This document shows positions 8,261 through 16,892 of a stretch of 32,000 bases of DNA, one piece after another. Numbering within the stretch: position 1 is the stretch's first letter; every line of letters starts with the position of its first letter. The position numbers and the translations under genes were made by a program. Source of the stretch: Candidatus Thorarchaeota archaeon (GTDB taxonomy: Archaea > Asgardarchaeota > Heimdallarchaeia > Hodarchaeales > Hodarchaeaceae); assembly GCA_048882505.1 (NCBI GenBank), contig JBHLRO010000007.1, positions 60,001 through 92,000 on the forward strand, written 5' to 3'. Below the pieces are notes generated by a model. That model was not told where the DNA came from and made no database searches. It saw only the letters and a program-made list of their open reading frames with translations.

Positions 8261-11047
8261 TCATAGTCGCCGCCCCTTGTCTTTATTTCTTAATATGCCG
8301 ATTGTAGCGACCATTGTAACCAGCAAAATGCCCATAGACCAACTTGGGGATATTCTAGGTTGAGTAGTTGTCGTTGTACCAACCTCTATCTCGGTATTGT
8401 TTATCGAAAAAGCTCCATCAGACAGATCACTAGCAAGGAAACCCTCGGAATTCATTATTACAACCTTTATCAGATATTCCTCGCCATTATTTACGGTCTT
8501 TGTATCCCACTCAATTGAAAAATCAGTTATAGTTCCGGGGAAGATCACCTGGCCAGCCATGTCGGTGAGAATGGACTGCCAATTGAGCCCTGCATCGTCA
8601 GAAGAGAATACCCAATACGTAACAGCTTCGTTATAGGACATCTTCCATTGAACGGACGCAATGTCTGAGAGAATCTCTCCACCATTAGGGTACTGAATTA
8701 CCGGTGGGAGGAGCTGATTGTCGGGAAAATGAAATGGAGTGAGGGACGGATTATTGTCTGAATTCCCCGCCAAGCCATCGATCTTATAGGAGGTTTGCCC
8801 CTCTTGAAGGTCACTCCAGTAATTCATATCAAAGAGATTGCCGTCACCATCGTCAAAGGCTTGAGACCCCGCATCTGGATTTAGTAGATTATTCTCCCCG
8901 AAATCATTATAAGTGATCGTCGAACTGGTAACTCCTCCGGTAAGGTAAATCCCATAAAGACCATTCACTGAAACCACGTTATCGGAGACCGTTATCCCCG
9001 TGGAATCAATGAGACAGATTCCATGTCCAGTATTTCCAAAAACATGATTTCCGAAAATATCGTTATAATCGGAGGGATCCAGGAAGATCCCACTTCCTCT
9101 TAAAGCCTGATTGATCGCAAAACTTGTATCAGGTTCTGCTGGAACCGTACCTTGATTTTCTTGTCCATTATCGAAAACATAGTTTTCAGAAATGGTATTG
9201 TGTGCTGACCCCTGCAGGAAAATTCCGTTTAGGTTATCTGAAACGATATTATTCGCAATCTGAGTATTATCTGAACCGAATAGGTGGATTCCATTTTCTC
9301 CATTATACGTGATGTAGTTATTTACGATTATATTGAAATTGGAGGGATCAAGAAAGATGCCACTTCCGCGTAAAGCCTGTTTCGTACTCAACCGCGCATT
9401 AGCCGCAATCGATGAGCCAGAACCTCCATACCCGTTCCAAGATATGTCGTTATCATCAATGACATTGTAATGAGAATTGACGAGTGCAATCCCATCCAGA
9501 AAGTTCTGATAGATCGTATTGAAATAAACAAAATTATTATTCGAATTCTCAAGGTAAATTCCGTGAGCCAGATTGGAGTCGACAAAATTATCGCTAATGT
9601 TATTATACGAGCTATTGATGATTAAAATTCCCGTCCAAGTATTGCTGTAGAATGAGTTGAACTCAATTACGTTATTACTTGAGTTATATAGCTCAATTCC
9701 GTCCTCCATATTATCATGGACATCGTTGTAGGTAATAATATTACTACTCGAAAATTCGACCCTAATCCCTCTATATCTATTATTGTATATGTAGTTAGAA
9801 TGAATTTGGAAATAGGTATCGGTAGGGGGCTTTGTCGGATCGCCAAGAGTAATTCCATTACCAAGATCATGATTGTAAACGTAATTATCACTCACCTTGC
9901 TTCCATTTGACAACCCAAGTTCGATTCCAGCCCATCCATGGTTATCAGACACATTATTATACACAATCTCTAGGTTGTTAGTATTTGCTCCAACGGTAAT
10001 ACCATTCCAAGAATTATAGGCAATGATGTTGCTATCGATGTAACTGTTATTGATATAATCAACACCGAGCCCGTTCTGGCCACTACTCATTATCTTATTA
10101 TTTGAGAAAATGCTGTTGGTTGATCTCATAAGTGCAATTCCATTCCCCATGTTATTCTCAACGAAATTGTCCTTTAGAGTAAGAACCGATGAATTAAACC
10201 CTGAAATCCCGTTTAGACTATTGTTTAACACAACATTTTCAGAGATGGTTGTATTTGAAGAAGCTGTCAAAGATATGCCATGCGCAGAGTTGGCAATCAC
10301 GTCATTTCCGCCAATAGTGTTAAGTGGCGAATCATCAAGAAATATTCCATTGTACAAACTCTTGGTGATCGAGTTATTCAGTAAATATGTGTGATTGGTT
10401 TTCTGTAAATAGATTCCGTAGCTTGTATTTTGAATAAAATTCAGTAAAATTGTTCCATTTGTAACCTCGTTAAGGAAGATACCAGTATTGAATTTATCAA
10501 TCCCATTCAAAATGTTATCATATATTTTGAAGTGAGCAGTGGTGTTTTGAATACTTATTAAAGTGCCTGTTTTATCTGTAAAGTTGAATCCGGTAAGTGT
10601 GTAGGGATTTGACTCAGTACCTACGCCTGTAAAGCTATTGATGGGATTAGTAAAATCACTATCTTTGGTTATGTAGATAGGAGCGTGAGGAGCATATGTC
10701 CCCCCATTAATCTTCATTGAATCAAGTGGAGGTTCCAATAAAGTTTGCTCGGAGTTATCTTTCGTATCGGCCATATCCCGAATACTCCATGAAATCCCTC
10801 CTTCACCAATTCTACGTTTTATAGATATTAAATCGCCTAACTGCCTGTAGGTGTCTCCGAAGGCAGTCCTGTTTTGTATTTTCTCTGAGAAGGACGAATT
10901 ATTGCTCTGTGGATTACTGTTACTCCGATTTGGAGCCAAACTATCGACATTAACATTTAGATCCATGGCAATTAGAAAGGAATTTACTCCAATTAATATA
11001 ATCACTAAAAATTTTGAGAATCTTTTACGAAACATGTTTATTATCAC
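8261..11047 (-). CDS. Secreted, membrane-anchored parallel beta-helix (NosD/CASH) repeat protein with C-terminal Ig-like domain
   Basis: N-terminal signal peptide (start possibly ATG 11035); many GIxL...N.I..N repeats; YPNGGE...WDT...SDGAFSINN Ig-like module; Thr-rich linker, TM helix and basic tail. Confidence 0.88.
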   Translation of the reverse strand: MIINMFRKRFSKFLVIILIGVNSFLIAMDLNVNVDSLAPNRSNSNPQSNNSSFSEKIQNRTAFGDTYRQLGDLISIKRRIGEGGISWSIRDMADTKDNSEQTLLEPPLDSMKINGGTYAPHAPIYITKDSDFTNPINSFTGVGTESNPYTLTGFNFTDKTGTLISIQNTTAHFKIYDNILNGIDKFNTGIFLNEVTNGTILLNFIQNTSYGIYLQKTNHTYLLNNSITKSLYNGIFLDDSPLNTIGGNDVIANSAHGISLTASSNTTISENVVLNNSLNGISGFNSSVLTLKDNFVENNMGNGIALMRSTNSIFSNNKIMSSGQNGLGVDYINNSYIDSNIIAYNSWNGITVGANTNNLEIVYNNVSDNHGWAGIELGLSNGSKVSDNYVYNHDLGNGITLGDPTKPPTDTYFQIHSNYIYNNRYRGIRVEFSSSNIITYNDVHDNMEDGIELYNSSNNVIEFNSFYSNTWTGILIINSSYNNISDNFVDSNLAHGIYLENSNNNFVYFNTIYQNFLDGIALVNSHYNVIDDNDISWNGYGGSGSSIAANARLSTKQALRGSGIFLDPSNFNIIVNNYITYNGENGIHLFGSDNTQIANNIVSDNLNGIFLQGSAHNTISENYVFDNGQENQGTVPAEPDTSFAINQALRGSGIFLDPSDYNDIFGNHVFGNTGHGICLIDSTGITVSDNVVSVNGLYGIYLTGGVTSSTITYNDFGENNLLNPDAGSQAFDDGDGNLFDMNYWSDLQEGQTSYKIDGLAGNSDNNPSLTPFHFPDNQLLPPVIQYPNGGEILSDIASVQWKMSYNEAVTYWVFSSDDAGLNWQSILTDMAGQVIFPGTITDFSIEWDTKTVNNGEEYLIKVVIMNSEGFLASDLSDGAFSINNTEIEVGTTTTTQPRISPSWSMGILLVTMVATIGILRNKDKGRRL
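9071..9379 (-). repeat. Intragenic duplication of QALRGSGIFLDPS (copies at 9071-9109 and 9341-9379)
   Basis: 34/39 nt identical, 270 nt (90 codons) apart, same 13-aa peptide. Confidence 0.8.
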
Positions 11048-11320
11048 CCAGATGATCTATAATAACTCAATGAATGGCTTTTAGGGCAATAATGTCCTAT
11101 TGAACTAGGTTGAAGGTCCTAGATGCATCGTAGAACAAATCCTTTTTTAAATCTAATTAAACGCCAAGATCCTTCATCAGACCTACCACTTGGCGTACCA
11201 GTAAAAATTTATATAATTGGATGAGTCAGAATTCTTCAATGGCCTCATTCAATTGTTAGAACGAAGATGAGGTAAAAAAGTGAACTCCTGTTTCATAAGA
11301 ATCGAATAAAAAGGCAAAAA

Positions 11321-12547
11321 TTACATCAGCGTTTCAATTACCTCACAAAACCGATCAATTTCATCTTCAGTATTGTAATAATGAACCGATGCGCGAATAA
11401 CTGAATCTAAAGACCGAGATGCCATATCTAGTCGGGTAGCTTCCTTTGAAGATATGGAAACGTTAATATGCTTCTCATTCAATTGAATCTTTATGTCCCG
11501 TGGATCCTGGCCTCTGACGTTGAAAGAAACAATCCCGCATTTGACGATCCCAATATCGTTAAGCTCTACACTTGGTATATTTCCTAATCTTTTACGAAAT
11601 CTATAGCCAAGTTTTTGAATTCTACTCCAGATGTTTTCTAAACCCCAATTCGCCGCGTAGCTTACAGCTTCGCCTAAGGCTAGTTTTCCTCCTACAAAAG
11701 ACTCCCAGTTTTCAAAGCGTTTAGCATCTTCTCGAATACGGAATTCATGATCTGATATCCATTCAGCGGCGTGCAAATCAACAAAAGGTGGTTCAAGCTT
11801 TTCAATAAGATTTTCATTCACAAAGAGGAATCCGGTTCCTCGGGGTCCTCTGAGATATTTGCGGCCAGTAGCCGAGAGAATGTCACAACCGATCTTTTTA
11901 ACATCAATTGGCAATTGCCCGACGGACTGACATGCGTCAACAAGAAAAATTATATTGTTTTCGTTTGCTATGTGCCCAATTTTCTCTATAGGGTTCACTA
12001 ATCCACTATTGGTTGGAACATGAGTGATACTTATCAGTTTCACATCATCATCAATCATTTGCCTTAGTTCCTCAATAGAAACCTGACCAAATTCGTCATT
12101 AGGAATTACATCAATACTGGTCCCAAATCGTTTGGCAATTTGCAAATAGGCAAGAAAATTGCTCGCATACTCGGCCCTAGCGGTCAAAATTCGATCGTTT
12201 GTATTGAACGGAATTGAATAAAAGGCCATATCCCAAGCCCTTGTTGCATTCTCTATTAACGCGATTTCTATTGGACTAGCATTTATCAAAGAAGCAATAG
12301 TCTTGTAAACAGCCTCGATTTTCTTCTTTTCTCGTGATTCTGCTTCATAGCCCCCTATCGTGGCTTCAAGGTTAAGATGTCCTATCAGAGAATTTAAGAC
12401 AGGTTTAGGCATAAGGGCCGCTCCCGCGTTGTTAAAGTGGATAACATTCTCACACGCAGGTGTATCCAATCGGGCTTTTTCCACATCTATCTCTTTTGTG
12501 ACCAATCTATCACCTTCTAGCACGACTCGGTCAACTTCAAGACGCAT
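11321..12547 (-). CDS. Class V (fold type I) PLP-dependent enzyme, SufS/EgtE-like
   Basis: HFNNAGAA, DACQSVGQ, SATGRKYLRGPRGTG (PLP Lys) and IRASVHYYNT motifs. Confidence 0.9.
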   Translation of the reverse strand: MRLEVDRVVLEGDRLVTKEIDVEKARLDTPACENVIHFNNAGAALMPKPVLNSLIGHLNLEATIGGYEAESREKKKIEAVYKTIASLINASPIEIALIENATRAWDMAFYSIPFNTNDRILTARAEYASNFLAYLQIAKRFGTSIDVIPNDEFGQVSIEELRQMIDDDVKLISITHVPTNSGLVNPIEKIGHIANENNIIFLVDACQSVGQLPIDVKKIGCDILSATGRKYLRGPRGTGFLFVNENLIEKLEPPFVDLHAAEWISDHEFRIREDAKRFENWESFVGGKLALGEAVSYAANWGLENIWSRIQKLGYRFRKRLGNIPSVELNDIGIVKCGIVSFNVRGQDPRDIKIQLNEKHINVSISSKEATRLDMASRSLDSVIRASVHYYNTEDEIDRFCEVIETLM

Positions 12548-12610
12548 ACTATTAATTTAGGAGGATATTTAAGAAAGGAGTCGAAGAACGAACTAAATAG
12601 ATCCTTCAGA

Positions 12611-12618
12611 TTTATATT
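12611..12618 (+). promoter_or_regulatory. Candidate TATA box for scpA
   Basis: TTTATATT 20-27 nt upstream of ATG 12638. Confidence 0.35.
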
Positions 12619-12637
12619 CCTAGAATGATGATAGTCA

Positions 12638-13513
12638 ATGAGCCAATTCGAAGAGGCAATAAATGAACAGGATGAGAGCACGGAGGAGGAAGAAGGAGAT
12701 CTTGAAGATGATTACATCCGTTTGTTTAGCAGCAAACAATCATTTTTCCTAGAGGAACCGTATGTATATCTCATCAATCCCGATTTATTTCCAGAACGCG
12801 TGTCCTATGTGAAGGATTTTAAATTAAAGGAAGTTATTCGAGACTTTTACAGTAAATTGCTGCAAGAAGGCCTCGACTTCAGGATCCTAGGGCAGGCGAT
12901 TTACAGTGCCAGCCGAATCCATAAGAAGAAAGTAAGTCTCGCTATCCAGTACGAGAAAAAACAGGAAGAGAGAATAGCAATCCGGACCAAGAGGCGCGCT
13001 TTCCAATTCAAAATTCCTCTCGAGCATTACATTACAAGAGATCTACTCGCCTTGGCGGAATCAGCCAACCCCGAGGCATTTTACGCTGAACTACTGCTCG
13101 GTCTGCAAGAGGAGGAAGAGAAGAAGAAACTAGAAAGAATTAAGGAAGAGCGAAAGAAATTAGGTGAAAAGGCAGGAGCGGAAAGACAACGCCGAAAGCT
13201 TGATCTAGCGGACTTCGAAAGCTTTGATTATGATATTGATTTAAGCAGGGTAAAGATTGAAGACATTGTAAAAGAAACCTTAACAACAATCATCAACTTG
13301 GCAAAACAGGATAAGAATAAGGAAGCGGAGTTCTCCAAGGTTGTTAGAATGATGGAGGAACGGGGACATACAGAGGAACAGAAGCGACTTACGAGGGCCC
13401 GAGTTTTGATATCGCTTTTGTATCTCTTCAGGGATGAAAAAATCACAGCTGAACAGGAATTGAACCCGCCCTATGAAATTTATATTTCTCCAACAAGGAG
13501 AGCAGAGGATTAG
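12638..13513 (+). CDS. scpA: Kleisin, ScpA family (SMC complex subunit)
   Basis: N-terminal LDFRILGQAIYSASRIHKKK resembles the ScpA N-helix; C-terminal RARVLISLLYLFRDEKITAEQELNPPYEIYI resembles the kleisin winged helix; acidic N-terminal tail. Confidence 0.8.
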   Translation: MSQFEEAINEQDESTEEEEGDLEDDYIRLFSSKQSFFLEEPYVYLINPDLFPERVSYVKDFKLKEVIRDFYSKLLQEGLDFRILGQAIYSASRIHKKKVSLAIQYEKKQEERIAIRTKRRAFQFKIPLEHYITRDLLALAESANPEAFYAELLLGLQEEEEKKKLERIKEERKKLGEKAGAERQRRKLDLADFESFDYDIDLSRVKIEDIVKETLTTIINLAKQDKNKEAEFSKVVRMMEERGHTEEQKRLTRARVLISLLYLFRDEKITAEQELNPPYEIYISPTRRAED

Positions 13514-13585
13514 GGCGTACCATTGAAAAAAAGGGAGCTAGCCGTCCCTCGCGGTTAATATGGGAGAAAGGGAGAAAATCCGCTT

Positions 13586-16024
13586 TTACATCCCGACTTG
13601 AGCCCGATTTATCTCCGTACTTTGGGCAAGAAAAGTGCCTCCAATTACGATCTTCCCCATGAGTTGTATAAAGGCCCTAGATTCGCTGGCAACTGAGATC
13701 GTTTCTCCTGAATCCTCTACAACGCCTATTATGACCTCTTCCCCATCTCGATCCGCCGCAATATTTCGCTCCACTCCAGGAAAACGAGATGGATCTACAC
13801 TTCTAACACGCACGTTAGGTTTTTGGAACAATTGTTTCAGTAAATCAGAGTGAGTCCCTGGATCTATGATTGAAACAACTTGAACTCGTTGGTGATTCTT
13901 GGTGGCCATGATACTCTCTATGGGGATTTCTTGAGGATCAGGAATCAGAAGCGTCAAACCCCCCTTCATTCTATTAAACATCTGGTTTATGTAATTAAGA
14001 GTTGCTGCTTTGGAGAAAATTGGAGCAGTCTGTACTTCTGGGCGCTTAATAGTGGTAGTGGCTGTGGAAAGTTGACGAAGACTACCTATATAGTTTTGGA
14101 ACATTTGATCTGTCTTTCTAGAGACCTCTTGGAATTTTTCCGTGAACCCAGTGAAGCCTGTTTCAAATGCTGCGATCTCCGCGTCGATACCTGTGGAAAT
14201 AAGGCTTCCTATGCTTGTGAGTGTTTGTAATGTAGCTTGAGATAGCTCATTAACCACCCCAATGGTTCTAGTTTTTAGTTCCTCTGTTTGGGCGATTATA
14301 TGTTCGCTATTCTTTATGGCGGAACTATTTAGCGCTTCTGAATATTGTTGATCATACAAAACAAACTGCTGGCGGATTTGATTCATTGTTTGGTCAATTG
14401 TTTCTTGCAGAGTGGCAATCGCTTGAGTAATATGATTCTGCGTTTCTTGATGGCGTAGTTCAACGCTTTCGGTCATACCTTGAAGAGTCGAAAGATAAAA
14501 CTCGAGAGATTCAGCCTGGGAAGCTGATAATGAAGATTTCAGCTTCGAGAACTCCTCGTTTAGGATTTGGATTTGAGGTGCCATAGAGGTTGAAAAAGAT
14601 TCAACCTGAGAATCAATTTCGCCTCTAAGGGTAGTAACTGTTGCAGAAATATCCTGTTGCGTTGTCGCTCTGAAGTCTGTCAATGTGGAATCAGTTGATT
14701 CAAGAAAGGCGCTAAAAGCCGCTGTGATTTCATCACGGGCCAATTCATTGGAGGAACGAGCTTCCTGAATGCTTTTATCGTGAAGTGATGTTGTGTCGGT
14801 TACTGCCCTCTGAACGTTCGTATCCACCTCTGAGGATATTTTTTCTGAATACTGATCGAGATTCGACTGAATCTGGTTTTGGGTTTGAGCCACAGTGCCA
14901 TCGACCTGGGTAACAATTTGAGATAGAGTTTCTTGGGCTTGGTTGATCAAAGCGTTAAGTTGGAGCTGCGTAGTTGTAAGAGTTTCTGATAATGTCTGTT
15001 TCAAAGTTTGAAGAGATTCCGAAGCCCTACCTTTGACAGAATTGCCAGCACCTGTCAAAACCTCAACTGCACTGGTTTTACTTGATTCTAATCGCTGTCG
15101 TATATTTTCGGTATTGGTGCTCAGAGAAGAACTAACCTGAGATCCACTTACCTCGTTCAGTTGTACAGCCTTTGCCTTAACACCTTCCGACACTTGAGTC
15201 AGATATGAGGATAAAGCGTTCTTTTGATCATCGATAGATTTAGCTAGAGTGTCTCCAGCTTTCGCGATGGAGGATTGGACATTTTGTATTCCTGTTGATA
15301 ATGCGGCCTGCGAACTGGATACTAATTCCTCAAGCTTGGTCGTCAGCTCGCTATTGCGAAGCGTCTCTTGTTCTTTCAAGGCCGTAAAACCTTCATTATA
15401 CTTCGATTGAAGACTGCTATTAACTTCATGAAGGTTATCGCCTATCTGTTTAGCAGATTGACTGAACTGGCTTTGAACTTGTTCTAAAACATCAGAGTGT
15501 TCGGATTGTTTGCCCTGGAAAATAGCGGTGATTTCGTTTTTCGTTTGATCCGTGGCTTGTTCAACCTCTAATGTATATCGTGCGATCCGCGCCTCGGTAT
15601 CTCCTTCTCCTTTCATTTCGGCTTGTTTAACGGCTGTCTGGGCTGCAGTTAATCCCTCGGAAATCTTTTGAGATTCTTCATTAATCTGTCCGCGAATTGC
15701 TGCCAATTTTTCTCCAATATAAGTATCCAGTTCTCCAGTAGTATCTTCAGATTCTTTAATAATTCCCTTAGCCGATGTTTCCAAATCTTTAAATGGGATG
15801 AGTGCCTGGTAACGATTAGTTATTCCTAGAACCTCTAGAACATGTCCCATCTTTTTTAGACTTTCTAATGATCTTGAAGTATCTTCGGCTGTAAATTCGG
15901 TAAGTTGGACGATCTCACCAAAACTTATTTGACCTAAAGTGAGTAATAAGGCATATATTTTGGATTCTTGAAAATCTAGATTCATTGTTCTTGCCAAATC
16001 ATCAAGTGACATTCCTTTGCACAC
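13586..16024 (-). CDS. TrmB-like wHTH + very long helical/coiled-coil rod + TrmB effector/PLD-like C-terminal domain
   Basis: ESKIYALLLTLGQISFGEIVQLTEFTAEDTSRSLESLKKMG...RYQA resembles a TrmB HTH; ~580 aa almost Pro-free S/T/Q/E/L/A-rich helix; C-terminal alpha/beta domain (LNYINQMFNRMKGGLTLLIP). Start may be ATG 16012. Confidence 0.75.
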   Translation of the reverse strand: MCKGMSLDDLARTMNLDFQESKIYALLLTLGQISFGEIVQLTEFTAEDTSRSLESLKKMGHVLEVLGITNRYQALIPFKDLETSAKGIIKESEDTTGELDTYIGEKLAAIRGQINEESQKISEGLTAAQTAVKQAEMKGEGDTEARIARYTLEVEQATDQTKNEITAIFQGKQSEHSDVLEQVQSQFSQSAKQIGDNLHEVNSSLQSKYNEGFTALKEQETLRNSELTTKLEELVSSSQAALSTGIQNVQSSIAKAGDTLAKSIDDQKNALSSYLTQVSEGVKAKAVQLNEVSGSQVSSSLSTNTENIRQRLESSKTSAVEVLTGAGNSVKGRASESLQTLKQTLSETLTTTQLQLNALINQAQETLSQIVTQVDGTVAQTQNQIQSNLDQYSEKISSEVDTNVQRAVTDTTSLHDKSIQEARSSNELARDEITAAFSAFLESTDSTLTDFRATTQQDISATVTTLRGEIDSQVESFSTSMAPQIQILNEEFSKLKSSLSASQAESLEFYLSTLQGMTESVELRHQETQNHITQAIATLQETIDQTMNQIRQQFVLYDQQYSEALNSSAIKNSEHIIAQTEELKTRTIGVVNELSQATLQTLTSIGSLISTGIDAEIAAFETGFTGFTEKFQEVSRKTDQMFQNYIGSLRQLSTATTTIKRPEVQTAPIFSKAATLNYINQMFNRMKGGLTLLIPDPQEIPIESIMATKNHQRVQVVSIIDPGTHSDLLKQLFQKPNVRVRSVDPSRFPGVERNIAADRDGEEVIIGVVEDSGETISVASESRAFIQLMGKIVIGGTFLAQSTEINRAQVGM

Positions 16025-16291
16025 TTCCTACTCTTCTGAATAGCCAAGAGCTGATGCTTTTTCCTTAAAAATTCTCCTCTTAAATGAATGCATATTCTTT
16101 GTCCTAGGAAACTTTAGAACTCTATCATGGAACCAAATGGATTCCATCCTCTAGATATTTAGCGTGGGCCAATTTACGTCTAGAACGGTCTGATCTAAAT
16201 AATCCTATCTAAGGAAAGGTTCTTCCAACCCCGAAAATATCTATGCAAGTTTTTTAAAAGATCGGTTTGCAGAATGCCATAGGTCGTAATA

Positions 16292-16855
16292 TTGGACGTT
16301 GAGAAATTAACTGAACGTAATGTTATCGAAGCAACTCTGTACCTTCTAGATAGGCCAGTGGCATATTCGGAACTCGCAGAGATTATACAGATTGAGGAGA
16401 GTGCGGTAGAAAAATATATTGAGGAACTACGGGATGAATATCTAGATCGAAAAACAGCATATACCATTGTTGATACAGAGAGAGGAAATGTGCAACTGAA
16501 ATTACGTGAGGAAGTGGCTGCACACCTTCCCTATCCGTTTGTTAAAAGATCAGAAGTGCCCCAACATTTATTGAAAATTCTCAGTTTAATAGCATTCAAA
16601 GAGTACGTCCTGGGAGAACAGGTGACACCAACCAAGTTGCAGCGGATTTTTGGCAAGAAAAAGGTAAGGGAGGACCTTGATGAGCTTTCAGCTATGTCTC
16701 TCGTCACTATCACGCTTAAAGGGAATAAGCGGGTAATCACGGTCACAGAGGAGTTCCTAGACCTATTCAAACTTCCAAAGGAAAGGGGAGAAACCAAGGA
16801 AGCGATTCAGGATGGATTACGAAATTACGCATTGAAGCAACTGCAGTACGAGTAG
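16292..16855 (+). CDS. scpB: ScpB-family KITE protein, paralogue 1 (short)
   Basis: IEATLYLLDRPVAYSELAEI, LRDEY, VQLKLR, LLKILSLIAF and VTEEFLDLFKL match the tandem winged-helix ScpB pattern; TTG start. Confidence 0.8.
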   Translation: MDVEKLTERNVIEATLYLLDRPVAYSELAEIIQIEESAVEKYIEELRDEYLDRKTAYTIVDTERGNVQLKLREEVAAHLPYPFVKRSEVPQHLLKILSLIAFKEYVLGEQVTPTKLQRIFGKKKVREDLDELSAMSLVTITLKGNKRVITVTEEFLDLFKLPKERGETKEAIQDGLRNYALKQLQYE

Positions 16856-16879
16856 GAAAGTTTACAAAAACTAGGCTTT

Positions 16880-16886
16880 GGGGTGA
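16880..16886 (+). promoter_or_regulatory. Shine-Dalgarno-like GGGGTGA
   Basis: 6 nt upstream of an in-frame ATT at 16893 that opens the scpB2 frame. Confidence 0.5.
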
Positions 16887-16892
16887 TTTATC

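Noticed and set aside
3483-12547. Kynurenine pathway (KynB-like cyclase plus kynureninase-like PLP enzyme)
   Set aside because: The genes are 7 kb apart with unrelated genes between them, the PLP enzyme shows no kynureninase-specific features I can recognise, and there is no tryptophan dioxygenase in the window
13514-13585. GC-richer intergenic stretch examined as a possible tRNA or ncRNA
   Set aside because: No T-loop (GTTCRA), acceptor stem or other recognisable RNA motif
13586-16024. 812-aa coiled-coil protein as the missing Smc
   Set aside because: No Walker A/B, no ABC signature and no recognisable hinge; the termini look TrmB-like
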